A stretch of DNA of 64,000 nt, taken from Felis catus (taxonomy: Eukaryota). A program made the translations under genes and the position numbers. This document shows positions 48,592-62,829 of the stretch, piece by piece. Where the stretch lies: the NCBI RefSeq assembly GCF_018350175.1, contig NC_058383.1, positions 16,060,001-16,124,000 of the forward strand. Direction: 5' to 3'. Below the pieces are notes generated by a model. That model saw only the letters and a program-made list of their open reading frames with translations, was not told the DNA's origin and searched no databases. Position 1 is the first letter of the stretch. Every line of letters begins with the position of its first letter.

Positions 48592-51500
48592 CTCATGTTT
48601 CTTCCATTTTGAAAAGCCTTCCCTAAACTCAGTGTGTTCCCCTGTTGCTATCCCCCTCTTTCCTCCACTTCACAGCCAGATTTCTTCATTGACTTGTCTG
48701 TGCTTGCTGTCTCTGATTTCTCACTTCCCATTCCCCCTGCAACCCACTCCGTCAATTCTTGCCAGTGACTTTCACAGGCCTCACTCCACCAGACCCTTTC
48801 TAGAATTTACCTTTCTTGTGCAGTCAGAAATAGTCAATGCTGTTGACCCCTCCTGCCTTCCCAATACATTTCTTTCTTTTGGTTTCCACTCTACTTCTTT
48901 GACTCTCTCCTATCTCCAGCCCCTCTTGTTTTTCTCTGAGTTTGGTAATGTACATTCTACTACATGAAAAGGAATTATTTATTCATTATTTAAATCATGA
49001 CTGTCTATATTTTTAATTGGTTTTTAACGAATTATCATTATTTATTTTGATGGTCAAATTGTCCCAGATTTGGCAAGTGTGAGTTCCTTCTGTGTCTTTC
49101 GACATGTTCCCATCATGACTTGAACATTTTCTTCGCAATAAAACTTTCCAGGTCCATCTTATACATTCTCTGCCCAAACCTTGCCTGAAACTAGTCATTT
49201 CTCAAGGATCTCTGGTTTACTTTTAGTGGGGAGTAGTATTTGGAAGCTAAGATTGGGGCACTAGGCATGCTCATTGCTCGTAGGTGACACTGGTCCCAGG
49301 ACCTCTCAGGATGGCATGGGGAATAACTGTATGTATACCACTGTGCCCCAACACACATTTTTGTAACCTACACTTAGATCTCTCTCTACATCATAAAGCG
49401 TGAATTTGCGTCAATAGTTCCAATTCCAAGCCAACACCACAGGGCTCATTCTAGTTCCTCCTTTCCATATCTGTATCTATCTTCAACAGTGAGAAACCTG
49501 GCTCCCAGTGTCCCTAATATATACATGTCTCTATGAGGTGAATCCCTTCATGGAGCTAGTCACTTGACCCCACTGGGCTGCCCCTGTCACCCCACACTCA
49601 TGCTGTCCTCATACAGGCCACCATTACCACCTTATTTGGGTTTGTCAAGCCTAAACTGAATTAGAATGCAGGAAAGGAAAGGTAGAAGGGGAAGGAAGCA
49701 AGGAAGGGGAAAAGAAAGAAGCCAATAAAGGAGTAAAGGAAAGAAAGGGAAGAAGAAGGAAGGAAGGGAAAGTATGCTGGCCTCTCCGGTTGCCAGAGGC
49801 CTACCCTGACTTTCCAGCCCCTCCAATGTTTGTGCTCCTTACCCTATGATCTCTTATATTTTCTCTCCCTGAGTGAAATCATCCTTTCACTAGGCTTTCA
49901 TCTATTTGATGATCACAGCAAAATTGTGCATCTCCATTCTATACTTCTCTTCTGAGACTCTAACTTAATGTATTTATCCATTAGAATTGACTCTAGGATG
50001 GATGGCCACAAGCATCTCAAATTTAACACGTCCAAAAAGCATCTTATTACAGCTCCCCCAAAACATGACCTATTTCTGCACTTTTGTCTCATTAAAAAAC
50101 ACAAACAGAAGCACCTGATGCCCAAACACAGACCCAAGCATTACCCTTAGCTCCGTTCACCAACCCTCATGATTCCGTTTTCTTAGACATTCATCTACTC
50201 ATTCTCTCCATCTCCACTGCCCCCTCCCCTTTTTGGGGTCTCCATCACTCCCATCCAGAGTCATCTGTTCCTATTAGTGCCTCCTCTGCACAGCTGCCTG
50301 AATAATGGCTCTACTCCATGAATCTGATCATGTCACTTCCTCATTTAAATAACATTCCCCTTGCCTTCTGCATGAAGTCCAAACTCCTTAACAGTCCTTG
50401 CTCTGTCCTACCTTGTAAAGTAGCATCACTGACTTCCCCTCTCTATTTTGTCTATTGTTGACAGAATCTCTTCTCTACCACCCAGATGACCTGTAATCTC
50501 TCTTCAAGGAACCTCTGGAGTATTTTATCCCCTCTGCTTGGAACACTCTTCTTAAACCACCTACCCTCAACTGGGCTAGCTTCTGCTCATCTGACTCTTG
50601 TCAGCTTTGACATCACCTTCTCCTGAAAGTCATAGTCACTGTGGTAGACAGAATAACGTTACCCCAAAAGAGATATCTACATCCTAATCCTATGTTACAT
50701 AACACATAAGGAGGCATTAAGGGTACAGATGAAATTAAGGGTGCTAATCAGCTGGCTCAAACTTACATGAGCATGGTCTCATGCTCATCCTTGAACTAAT
50801 CATTGTGGCCACAGGGATAGGATGAGTTCATTGAAAAATGCTCACTGCAGAAGGACTCAAGAGGAGTGGAGGCCTTTCAAGATAGGCCATGTGAGTAAGA
50901 TAGGTCAGAGAGATATCTGATCAGGGTCCCAGGGAAAGGTCTCTGAAAAGGCCAAAGAAGCACAAAGGCTAGAAGGTAGGCTGATGCTCATCTGTGGCTT
51001 TTTTCAGCCACAGTCAGGTTGCCCAAGGAAGGCATGTGGGTGATGTGATCCACAGTTGGGCCCCACAGTTGAGCTGGGGCTCAGGAGGACCAAAGAAGAG
51101 AGAAGTGGGGTCTCAGAGAGGAGGTGAGGTTTAGTTAGGAAAGGGAGTGAAACCAGGAGGGGACTAATGGTCCAGGCACTAAAGATGTCAAGGAGGTTGA
51201 AGAGCGAGTGGGTTGAAGGAGTCAGGGAAGAAGGAATAGGCAGAAAATAAGATATTAGAGTTCAAGGCTAGAGTGAAGAGAAGGTCCACTCAAAGGTATG
51301 ACTCTAGGAATGACCATGGAAATAGGTGGTATAGGTGGAAGCTGTTGAGATCATAGCTGTCATCATGATGTAATAAATACCTACTAGGAATTTTTTATTT
51401 GCTTATGCCCATTTTGAAACAGGATTTAAGATGGTTCACAAAGATACACACAACATGTCAACAGGCTAAGGCTGGGTGAGATGATGTGAAAAGGAGAAAA

Positions 51501-52294
51501 TAAAGGTAGGCAAATAACAAGGAGACTAGGAGTAAAGCTAGTACATGAAATCCATGCCATGAATTCCTAGACACTTGATATTCAGGGCCACAGTTTTGAC
51601 TCAAAGCTTTCCATTAGCCACTGTAAATAAGGGAACAAAATAAGCAGTTTCCTGAATGTCCTAAAGATAAAAATAAACTGGGGTGCCTGGGTGGCTCAGC
51701 CAGTTCAGTATCCAACTTTGGCTCAGGTCATCCTTTCCCCTCTCATGGCTCATGAGTTCAAGCAACGCTACAGGTTCTGTGCTGACAGTTCAGAGCCTGG
51801 AGCCTGCTTTGGATTCTGTGACTCCATCTCTCTCTCTCTGCCTCTCTCTCTCTAAAAAATAAACATTAAAAAAAAGATCAAAAAAAAAGATAAAAACAAA
51901 CCAGTGAGCAATAAGAAATATAACCAGTGCTGGTACTGACTTCAGAAAAGGTTTCCTGTGTAGGTCTCAGAAGAGAAAGCCCTCATGACATCACAGAGGC
52001 TTGGGATTCCAACAGAACTTACTCCATCACAACCTGATTCTAGCACTGAAACAACTTCATTAAGCTCTGCAAGCCCCAGTTTTGTTATCTCTTGAGTGTA
52101 ATAATCCTCACTTTCCTTGGGTTACTGTAAGGATAAAATAAGTGACCATGTAAAGCACATTTTATGTGAACAATTTCGAGTAGTTATTGTGTGTCCCCAA
52201 ATCAACAAACTCTTCAGTTCTTAAGTCTGTGTCTTACAGCCAGAAGCTTACAAGTCATTTACACTAGCCCTTATTGCTGTTTTGAAAAATAGCA

Positions 52295-54404
52295 ACCTTA
52301 ATGAAATATAAGCACAATGGTCCAAAATCTCTGGGATGCAGCAAAAGAGGGTGTAAGAGGGATGTTTATAGCAATACAGGTCTACCTTAATAAGCAAGAA
52401 AAATCTCAAACAACCTAATCTTGGGTCTAAAGGAGCTAGAAAGAGAACAACAAACAAAACCTAAAACAAACAGAAGGAAAGAAATAATAAATATTAGAGC
52501 AGAAATAAGTGATATATAAACTAAAAAAAATAATATGGCATAAATATGTTAAATTGCTATATACCAATAATGAAGCAGCAGAAAGAGAGGTCACCCAAAA
52601 TAGTAAGATACCTAGGAATAACCCTAACGAAAGAGGTGAAAAGACTTGTCCTCTGAAAACTATAAAACACTGATGAAAGAAATTGAAAATGACACAAAGA
52701 AAGGGAAAGACATTCCATGCTCGTGGATTGGAAGAATATTGTTAAAATGTCTATACTACCCAAAGCAATCTACACATTTAATGCAATCTCTATCAAAATG
52801 CCAACAGCATTTTTCATAGAACTAGAACAAACAATCCTAAAACCTGTATGGAACCACAAAAGACCCTAAATAGCCAAAACAACCTTGGGAAAAAAACAAA
52901 CAAACAAAGCTGGAGGCATCACAATTTCAGACCTCAAGTTATATTACAAAGCTGTTGTAATCAAAACAGTATAATACTGGCACAAAAACTGACACATAGG
53001 TCAATAGAACAGAACAGAAAATACAAATATATCTCCACAATTATATGGCCAATTAATCTTCAACAAAGCAGGAAAGAATATCCAATGGAAAAAGATAGTT
53101 TCCTCAACAAATGATGTTGGGGAAACTGGATGACAACATGCAAAAGAATGAAACTGGACCACTTTCTTACACCATACACAAAAATAAATTCAAAATGGAT
53201 TAAAGACCTAAATGTGAGACAGAAAAACATTAAAATTCTAGAGGAGAACACAGGCAGTACCCTCTAAGACATTGGCCATAGCAACATTTTTCTAGATATG
53301 TCTCCTGAGGCAAGGGAAATAAAAGCAAAAGTAAACTATTGGAACTTCATCAAAATAAAAAGCTTCCGCACAGTGAAGAAACAATCAACAAAACTACAAG
53401 GCAACCTACAGAATGGGAGAAAATGTTTGCAAATGACATATCTGATAAAGGGTTAGCATCCAAAATATATAAAGAACTTACACACCTCAACACCCAAAAA
53501 ATGAACAGTCCAAATAAAAAATGGGCAAAAGATGAAAAGACATGAAAAGAAACAGACATTTCTCTAATGAAAACATACAGATGGCCAACAGACACAAGAA
53601 AAGATGTTGAACATCACTCATCATCAGGGAAATGAAAATCAAACCTACAATGAAATATCACCTCACACCTGTTCGAATGGCTAAAATAAAAAATCAAGAA
53701 ACAATAGGTGTTGGTGAGGATGTGGAGAAAGGGGAACCCTCTTGCACTGTTGGTGGCAATGCAAACTGGTGCAGCCACTCTGGCGAACAGTATGGAGTTT
53801 CCTCAGAAAGTTAAAAATAGAACTACCCTATGATTCAGGAACTGCACTAAGTATTTACCCAAAGAATACAAGAATACTAATTTGAAGGAATATATGCACC
53901 CCTATGTTTATAGCAGCATTATCTACAACAGCCAAATTATGGAAACAGCCCAAATGTCTATCAACTAATGAATGGATAAAGAAGAAATGGTGTATATGCA
54001 ATGGAATAGTACTCAGCCATACAAAAGAATGAAATCTTGCCATTTTCAACAGCATGGATGGAGCTACAGAGTATTATGCTAAGCGAAATCAGTCAGAGAA
54101 AGTCAAATACCATGGATTTCATTCATATGTGGAATTTAAGAAACAAAACAAACAAGCAAAGGGGAAAAAAGAAGAGAGAGACAAAGCAAGAAACAGATTC
54201 TTAATTATACAGAACAAACTGATGGTTGCCAGAGGGAAGGAGACTGGGGGGATGGGTTAAGTAAGACTTGAGGGTTAAGAAGCTCACTTGTGATGAGCAC
54301 AGGGTAACATATGGAAGTACTGAATTACTATATTGTACACCTGCAACTAATATAACACTGTATGGAATTAAAATAAAACTAACTGGAATTAAAATAAAAT
54401 CTTA
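52295..54404 (+). mobile_element. Carnivore L1 (ORF2 remnant with large internal deletion, plus 3' UTR)
   Basis: aatctctgggatgcagcaaaa (post-endonuclease) jumps at ~52535 to late-RT motifs (agatacctaggaata, cattccatgctcgtggattggaagaat); decayed ORF2 C-terminus; 3' UTR tattgtacacctgcaactaatataacactgtat. Confidence 0.92.
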
Positions 54405-54622
54405 GAAAAATATCAGGCTTTGTTCATTTTGGGCTTTGAAAGAAAATGTCTAGCTACATTGGACAGACTTCCCTGGACCAGAGTGTGCACCTATGGTGGG
54501 TCTTCTATATTGGATGGTAAGTCATCTCCTATCTAATTGAGTCTTCCAATCATGGATCTTCCTTTGGAAGGTGACTAATGGATTAAATCAAAACCCAGAG
54601 ATGGCTGATGAGGGAAATCAGA

Positions 54623-54663
<41 letters not shown>

Positions 54664-57175
54664 AGGGAGAGAGAGAGAGAGGTAAAGACCCCCAGAATAA
54701 CAGAGTAGCTGACAGGCTATTAGAATTCCTTACAAGAAGTCTCCCAGTTTTCAGGTTGCCCAGCTCTTCCTTGTAAACTGAAAAAGCCATATGAAATCAG
54801 TCAGTCAAAAAGAAGGCATGGCCTTTCCCATTGCCAAGCCACTCTCCATGTAGGGGTGGGGAGAACACAAGGATACATCAGGAGCCAGGCTCTATGCATA
54901 CAACTATGCACATACTGTAAGGGCGGTGTTATTTCACAGATGAGAAAACCAGGATTCAGAAAGAATAAACAGAAGTGGCAGATTCCAGATGTATACAGTT
55001 AACACCTTGAGTTATAAATACAGTATCTGTTTTTATATCATTCTCCTCCACCACTCTGTGAGCTAGTTGATGTGAAGACCAGTCCTACTTAACTTTGTGT
55101 TTCCAGCTCCTGACACAAAGCCTAGCACACAGTAGGCTTCTACTAAAGTCTGCATCTATTAGTCAGTAACTAATAACCCCATCACTAATTGACTAACTGA
55201 CATTAGCTAATTATCATATATCCCAAACAGATATATAATCAAACCGAATACATACATCCAATTTCTAATAACCCATGGGAATTTTCCCTTGCCCTGCTGC
55301 AACTTCTAATGAATCCTGGGATCCCATGGAGCAGTCTAGAGACTCTCAGTAGAAGAAAATGCATTACCAAGAATGTCAGTCCACTGTGCTAGGACTTCCA
55401 ACTTCATTTCAATGCATTGTATGCCTAAATTATTCAGGTCATGGAATAGTTAAGCAGATTTCTTTTTACCTAAAATTATCCCTCCTTCCACTCCCCACAC
55501 ACCACAGAGCCCATCAAAATTGTTGTATACAATTTGATTCTTTAGGGATTGTCCCCAGTGAGAAGTATGATTTTTTTAGGTCCCAAGAAGCAAAATGTTT
55601 CATGGCCATCTGATAGGTTGTATTTTGTGCCTTGCTGGAAACCAATTGCCCAGCTGTTCCTTAGTGTTGGCTCATTGCTCCTCTATATCAGAGCTGATAG
55701 CTCTATTCCTTCACCATGGCCAAGAATTCCCAGAGTGCACCATTTTGTGTACTATAAATCATTAATATTTTAAACTAAATGCCTGTTGCTATAAAGGTCC
55801 AGTAAGTACGTTTATAATTTTTCTGGTTTTGTGACTTTTAAAGAAACCCAAAACCACAAATAAAAACTACTTTATTTTGTTTTGCTTTATGATCAGCTAC
55901 TCTTAAAAGTAGAGATTGATGCCTCTGCATTAATTTATTACTTTGTGACTTATTAGAAAGTATTATCCCATATATTGGTTTATTTGGCCCTTGGAACAAC
56001 CTGGGAAGTATTATTATCTCCATTTTACAAGTGAGAAGTCAGAGGTTGAAAGAGGTTTTATAATTTGCCCAAGGTCACACAGCTAATAACTGGCAAAGCC
56101 AGGACTAAATCTACGTCTTTGAATAGCAAATAGCATTCTCTTTGCATTGGAAAGAACCTTAGTGATATTTAATTCTGAGCCCAAATGAGAAACTGTAGCT
56201 CAGAGAGGCTGAATGACCTTCTGGAGCTCATCTGTCTGGCAGATTTGCTCACAGCAGATGAGGAGCATTCAGTCTCCACTCTTCACATGCTACCTTAAGG
56301 ATCCACCATGTTCAAAATCACACATATACCTCAAGGTATAGAAGTGATTTTATTATTAATCATTTAGTAATTAGGCTGAGTAAACTGAAAAATACTGGTC
56401 ACATTCCTTTTTCACAAACCTCCAAGAGACTCTCCAAATAGCTGTGCTAAAATATTGTACTGAAGAATGCTTAAAAACAGGCTGAGAACATTTTTAGATG
56501 GTGCTGTGATATTCTTATGGTGCTCAAATAGTATGTATTTTTCTGTATTTGGCCAGTGAAATTGATGCTATAGGGATTCTGTGACTGCTATGCTTGGTGC
56601 CAAAGTAGATATGCCCTACGAGAGCAAAATCCATGGACATTCAGAAAAGGAGGGACCTAAAGAAACTTCTCTGATAGAAGTACAGTGAGTATTATTTTGG
56701 TGTATGCTATGGAAATTCAAGAAACATCATATTACTCCATTTGTCCTAAATGTTCACTAAAGCACTTACTTTGTGCCAAGCACTGACCTAAGAACTTTAA
56801 ATGTATCAGATAAATCCTATTTGCCCCTGTTGCTCCCTCTCTTGAGTCATACAACAATGTTGGATTATTTGGCAGGGGTTTGGGCAGTGTGGCTCCCCAG
56901 CCACTAAACTCTTTAGCTTCCACAACACCCATGCCCACTGCCAGCTCTCTGGGCAGGCTGGACTCTCTCTGGAATCACGTGGCAGTAAAGCACAGGTCCC
57001 AGACCCTAAATGAATCCAACCCTAGAGGCCATCCCCAATACTCCAAATCTTGAGTTTACCATTCTGCTTCCTGCACCCTCAATGCAGTCTCTCGAACTGA
57101 TTTGTACTCCCCCAGACAAAAGCCTTATGGCTCCTGGGTAAGGGCTCCTGGAGCTATAAATTTTATTCTCCACTT

Positions 57176-57338
57176 GGGTTGTCAAATTGAGCAAACATAA
57201 ACATAGAATGTGCAGCTAAATTTGTATGTCAGATAAACAACAAATAATTGGGGGGGGTGTACTTAGACTAAAGAATTATTACTAGTTTATCTGAAATACA
57301 AATTTAACTGAGCATCCCATATGTTATCTGGCAACCCT
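57176..57338. mobile_element. MER53-like palindromic hAT MITE
   Basis: Terminal inverted repeats gggttgtca...tggcaaccct; internal inverted arms tcagataaacaacaaataatt / aattattactagtttatctga. Confidence 0.8.
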
Positions 57339-57884
57339 ACCTGTACTCTCTCTTTCCCCAGCTTTGCAACATAAAAGCCATCAGGAACTCTCTAAGGATG
57401 GGGAGCCCAAACTCAGAACACAGAGGCTACTTGGATAGAGAAGCAAAGAATGTAAAAATATCTCACCTTTGTTTGAGTCTCCTATGGCAGTGAGACTAAA
57501 GCACAAATGAGTAGCTCAAGGATTACCCTGCCACTGAAGCGAGGTGATAGTTAACAGCAAGATTTTTAGAATACTGCCTCTGTGACAAGGCAAATTTGGG
57601 ATTCAAACCTAGAGTAGATTCTTGGCATTCACAGGGTCCAGTCCTGAGGCCTTCACACACACCCCCACCCCCAGGTTCATGAATATCATGTTAGTGTAGT
57701 TCAGTTGAAAATTTTAAGTCATCCTTCAGGCTCTTAATGATCCCTATATATTCAGGATTCGAAAGTCAATTATAAAATAGTCTTCTGGCTAAAAAATGAT
57801 GAGATGCCTCTTAGCTTTTCCTAGATTTCAGTCACCAGATCTACCACTGACTTTCATTTCAGGCCATTTTTCATTAAGAAATAC

Positions 57885-60800
57885 GTTCTGATATTGTACG
57901 GCTCGTACATGAGTCTGGGTCTGGCCACAGCCAGCGAGTCCAGGGCTGAGGCAGGAGCCGAGACCTCTCAGGCTGTGCAGACAAACGGAATTCAACCAGT
58001 AAGCAAAATGGGAACTCAGCTTATAGGAATTACAACCAACACCTCAGGAGGCAATAACGGATGACTTGGACATTGTGGTTTCACTTCCAAGTCTACACAA
58101 AGAACTAATGTGCCCAATTTGTTTGGATATGTTGAAGAACACCATGAAGAGCAAAGGAGTGTTTACATAGGTTTTGTGCAGACTGCATTACCACAGCCCT
58201 CGGAAGCGGCAGTAAAGAACGTCCTACCTGTAGGAAAAGGCTAGTTTCTAAAAAATCACTAAGACCAGACTCAAACTTTGATGCACTCATCAGCAAAAGT
58301 TATCCAAGTTGTGATGAGTGTGAAGTTCATCAAGAGGGAGTATTAGCCGGGATCAACAAGCAATAATCAGCAGGCACTCAGTCACAACACTGAGGAAGGA
58401 CGGAAGATACAGGCCAGGAACAGACTACAGAGAGGCAAGAAACAACAGATTGAAGATAGTAGTGGAGCAGAAGACACTGGTGACAGTTCTCACTGTAGCA
58501 ATGCTTCTGCACACAGTAATCAGGAAGCAGGACCTAGCACCAAACAGACCAAAACATCTGATGATTCCCAGCTTGAGCTTGATAAGAGCAGTGCAACAAT
58601 GGCAATTGATCCAGTAATGGATGGTGCCAGGGAAATTGAGTAAGTATTCAGGACTCCCCCCACACTAATGGAGAAAGATAATAGTGCACAGAGAAGATAC
58701 CTAAAAACTTCAGGTGATGCCACTGTTGATCACTTAATCCAAGTCTCTGGCTGAGAGGTTAGATTTGGAAGAACTTCAAAACAAAGGAGAATCAAAGCAG
58801 GTGACCCTTGATACAGCCAGTGAGAAGCAGTAGACAATTTACATAGCAACAGCCAGCGGGCAGTTCACTGTATCAAATGGCTCTTTTTCTTTGGAATTGG
58901 TCAATGAATAATACTGGAAAGAGAACAAACACATGGGACTTTATTATGCACCCACAAAGGAGCTTTTACAAGTTGTATGTTTTCACAAACTGTGATTTCA
59001 TCTGGAATACCCTTCTGACCCAGAAATTTTTCATAGTTCTGTATTCTTTTCTTTTTAAAAATATTTTAAGTAATCTCTACACCCAACGTGGGGCTTGAAC
59101 TCACAACCCTGAGATCAAGAGTAACATGCTCTATTGACTGAGCCAGCCAGGTGCCCCCACAGTTCTGTGCCTTAAGTGATGATTCAGTTGGCTATCCTTT
59201 TCCCTCCCCTCAAGATTTTTCTTAGGCTTACAGAATGTTAAGTAATATGTATTTTGACTTTTTTCCCTAGAGTCTTATATATTTATAGTTTCCTATATAA
59301 GCTGTAGTGTCTTCATGAAGACCAAGGCTCAAATTCACTGTGCCTAGGGGTGCCTGGGTGGCTGTCGGTTGAGCGTTCAACTTCCGCTCAGATCATGATC
59401 TCACGGTGGCTTGTGAGTTTGAGCCCGGCGTTGGGCTCTGTGCTGACAGCTCAGAACTTGGAACCTGCTTCATATTCTGGGTCTCCCTCTCTCTCTCTGC
59501 CCCTCTCCTGCTCATGCTGTCTCTCTCTGTCTCTCAAATATAAACATTAATTTTTTTTTAATTCACTGTGCCTAAAAAACAATTTTCATAAGATTATTAT
59601 TTTCATGGTATTTTCTTTCATAATATCTCATTTTTTAAAAAGGTTCTTTATGAACTTAGTGTCCATTTGCCATGCAGTGTTATTTTTTTCCATTTTTTCT
59701 TTCTAATTTTGGAATTTCTGATCTTGGGGAAGAGAAACAAACAAAATGTCAAGTTCTATGACAACTTGGCTCATTTACAGATTTCACGGAAGAAAGGAAA
59801 ATTAAATTGGTCTTATATAGTCTTCAAGTGTAGATTTAAAGAGGACTTTTTTTGTATTAGCTTTTTTGTTACTTCAGTCCCTTTATTATATGTATTTGAT
59901 GCTTTTTCCTATTAAAATACCAGAGATATGGAGATATTTTGCACTTCATCCTTTTTTTTTTAATGTTTATTATTTGAGAGAGAGAGAGAGAGAGAGACAG
60001 CAAGCAGGGGAGAGGCAGAGAGAGAGGGAGACTCTAGGCTCTAGACTCTAGACCCTAGGCTCTAGGCTCCAAGCTGCCAGCAGAGCCTGACGCAGGGTTC
60101 GAACCCACAGACCATGAGATCATGACCTGAGCCGAAGTTGGCTGCCCAACTGACTGAGCCACCCAGGTGCCCTGCACTTTATTCTTTAATGAGAAGATAT
60201 GTTCAAAGTTTCCCTTATTCTTTTCTTATTGGTAACCATGTAAGTTTCAAGAATAATGTGGCACATGGAACTAACAATTGGAAAAAAAAATAGTTTGTTT
60301 CTGTTTGAAAAGCGTATTCAGCATTTTGGGTGGTCCTGTCAGTTTATAAATTTGGTGCTGTGCTAATCACACTCCAGAGAAGCAAGTTAATGGGGCTTGA
60401 GATTTGCCCTAGTGAAAGATAATCCTGTGGAAGAATGTCAGCAAGTTGGGTAAAGTCATTCTCCTTTTCTTAATTTAGTTTTATATTGAAGGACAGTGTG
60501 GGGCATTTGGCTTTATGAAGACAGATCAGAAATAAGATTGCCTGTGTGTTATTTTTTCATCATTGTCCTGATTCCAGGTATGTTTCCAAGTTTATATTAT
60601 CACAGTATTTATGAAGACTTGTTTGCATTGAGAAATTAACCCCAAAGGGTTTTTTTGTTTTGTTTTTGTTTTTTCGCCAGAAGTGAGTAGTCCTCCAGTA
60701 TCATTGCATTTAAATAACATATTTAGTCATTGTAAATATTTATTTGTCATTTTTGACAGATTGGGGCCAGCTTCATGTTTTAAGTCTTCAGCCCAATATG

Positions 60801-61331
60801 AAAACTTACTGGCTCATTAATTTTTTAACATATTATTGAAAATATTTAAAATCTGTTTTTACAGTTTTATTGGTAACCTGTGCCATGAAATTTGGTGACC
60901 ACCAAAAATCAAGGGGAATTTTTGTATTCAATTCCTTCTCTGGTGTAATGTTAAATTATATGGATTATTATTTTTTAATTTTTTTAATACTTATTTACTT
61001 TTTTGAGAGAGAGCCTGAGGTGGGGAGGGGCAGAGAGAGAGGGAGACAGGGAGACACAGAATCCCAAGCAGGCTCCAGGCCCTGAGACTGTCCACACAGA
61101 TCCCGACATGGAGCTTAAACTCACGACCCATGAGATCATGACCTGAGCTGAAGTTGACGCTTAACTGACTGAGCCACCCAGGCACCCCTTAAGTTGTACA
61201 GATTATTAATGCATGTCCACTGAATATAACCCAGTTTTGTGATACAGCTGCTTAGATTTTATTGGTGACATTAAATTAGTGGATGCATTAAATAAGTAAA
61301 TTCCCATTGTGATCAACTGAGAAAAAAAAAA
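57885..61331 (+). pseudogene. RNF2: Processed pseudogene of RNF2 (RING1B, PRC1 E3 ligase) with 5' UTR, CDS remnant 57963-58962, long 3' UTR and poly(A)
   Basis: Intronless read-through of [50 protein letters not shown]..TASGQFTV..GSFSLELV..YYAPTKE. Start ATG replaced by ACC (57963). Stops at 58024, 58641, 58831 and 58909, plus several frameshifts. A-tail from 61322. TSD AAGAAATAC at 57876-57884 and 61332-61340. Confidence 0.95.
59047..61188. mobile_element. Four CAN-SINEs inserted in the RNF2 retrocopy 3' UTR (~59047-59157 -, 59347-59559 +, 59952-60172 -, 60969-61188 -)
   Basis: SINE consensus; e.g. TSD AATTCACTGTGCCTA at 59332-59346 and 59560-59574. Confidence 0.88.
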
Positions 61332-61340
61332 AAGAAATAC

Positions 61341-62072
61341 CACTTGACACCACTAGTATTACCATGACAAAAAAGACAATAACAAATGTTGTGGAGTGGA
61401 GGAATTGGAACCCTGACACATTGCTGGTGGGGATAAAGAATGGTGCAACCATTCTGGAAAACAGTCTGACATTTTTTTCCTAAGGTTAAATATACGGTCG
61501 CCACATGATGCAACAGTTTCATTCCTAGGTTATACCCAAGAGAAATAAAAACATATGTCCACACAAAAATTTGCACATGAATGTTCATAGCAGCGTTTTG
61601 CATAGTAGACCAAAGGTGGAAATAAATCAAATGTCCATCAATGATAAGTGAATAAACAAAACGTGGTCTATCCATACAATGGACTATTATTCAGCCATAA
61701 AAGAAAAGAAATACTGGTATATGGCGCAACATGGATGAATCCTGAAAATGCTATGCCCAGTGAAGGAAGCCGATCACAAAAGACCACATATTGTACAATT
61801 TCATTCATTTGAAATGTCCAGATTAGGCAGATCTATACAGACAGAAAGTAAGTTAGTTAGAAAGTAAGTTAGCCTAAAGCACAGCACAGAGGAATGGGAA
61901 AAATAGGAGGAAAGGAACGGCAGGTTTCTTCATAGGGTAAGATGGTAGGTAAAAATTGATTGTGGCAAAGGATGTACAACTCTGGATATTCTAAAAACCA
62001 CTGAATTGGACACTTTAAATAAGTGAATTGCATGGCACGTGAATTATAGCTCAGTAAAGCTGTTGTTAAAAA
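61341..62072 (+). mobile_element. Old L1M 3' fragment
   Basis: attggaaccctgacacattgctggtggg..atgttcatagcagcgttttgcatagtagac..tcagtaaagctgtt. Confidence 0.85.
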
Positions 62073-62829
62073 GCAGAGCAAATTTTTATTGTTTGTGACC
62101 CAGTTTTAAGAAGAGTAGAGAAAAACAAAAGAGCACTGAGATGTAATGCTGGGTGGCTAGTTAGCTAAGTCACTAGCTAAGTGGCTTCTGAAACTTCACT
62201 AGTAAAATTACAACTCTGGAAGGCAGTCATTGCAGAGTCAAATTATGAATGCTAAATCCATTACAAATGCCGGTAGTCTACTTTCCTTCTGTGCCTTCTC
62301 GTGAAAACAATTCAAAGCGCCTAAATAGCAAGTAGTGTGAAACAATAGCAGCTGTTTATTAAAGGCTATTTTTTAAATGACATCTTCTTCAATAATGATA
62401 CCTAGAATGTTCCATGCTAAAGAAGCTGTAATTTCACATTTGCTCAAGACTTGATTTGATTTAGCCCGTATGACACAAATCTTGGATAAAGCATGCAAAC
62501 AACTTAATTTCATTTCCTCATTAACCAGAACTGATGAGGGAAAAATTAATGAGAGAACCAATGAGATGTTATAAGCTGTTCAAAGAATCCCCCGTACCAC
62601 ATATATATAAGATTATCAAGAATGATGAGATATAATTGGTTAAATCAACTACGTGGGAGTCTCCTAAGTCTTAGCCTCACAAATCCGACTGAGTGGCTGT
62701 GGTGTTGCAAGGGCTGCTTAGCTGAAAAGGGACTGGTCTGACTTGAGATTTCTTTAATCTAGCTTCCTGTAGTTGGTAGGTTGGGAAAGACAGTATTATT
62801 TTCAAAAATCATTTAAGAATTTCACAAGA

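Noticed and set aside
52295..54404. Active L1
   Set aside because: No 5' UTR or ORF1, most of the RT domain deleted, many stops.
58105..58723. Minus-strand ORFs of 63-67 aa
   Set aside because: Antisense shadows of the RNF2 pseudogene.
57963..58962. Functional RNF2 retrogene
   Set aside because: Lost start codon, at least four stops, multiple frameshifts and a mutated RING cysteine.
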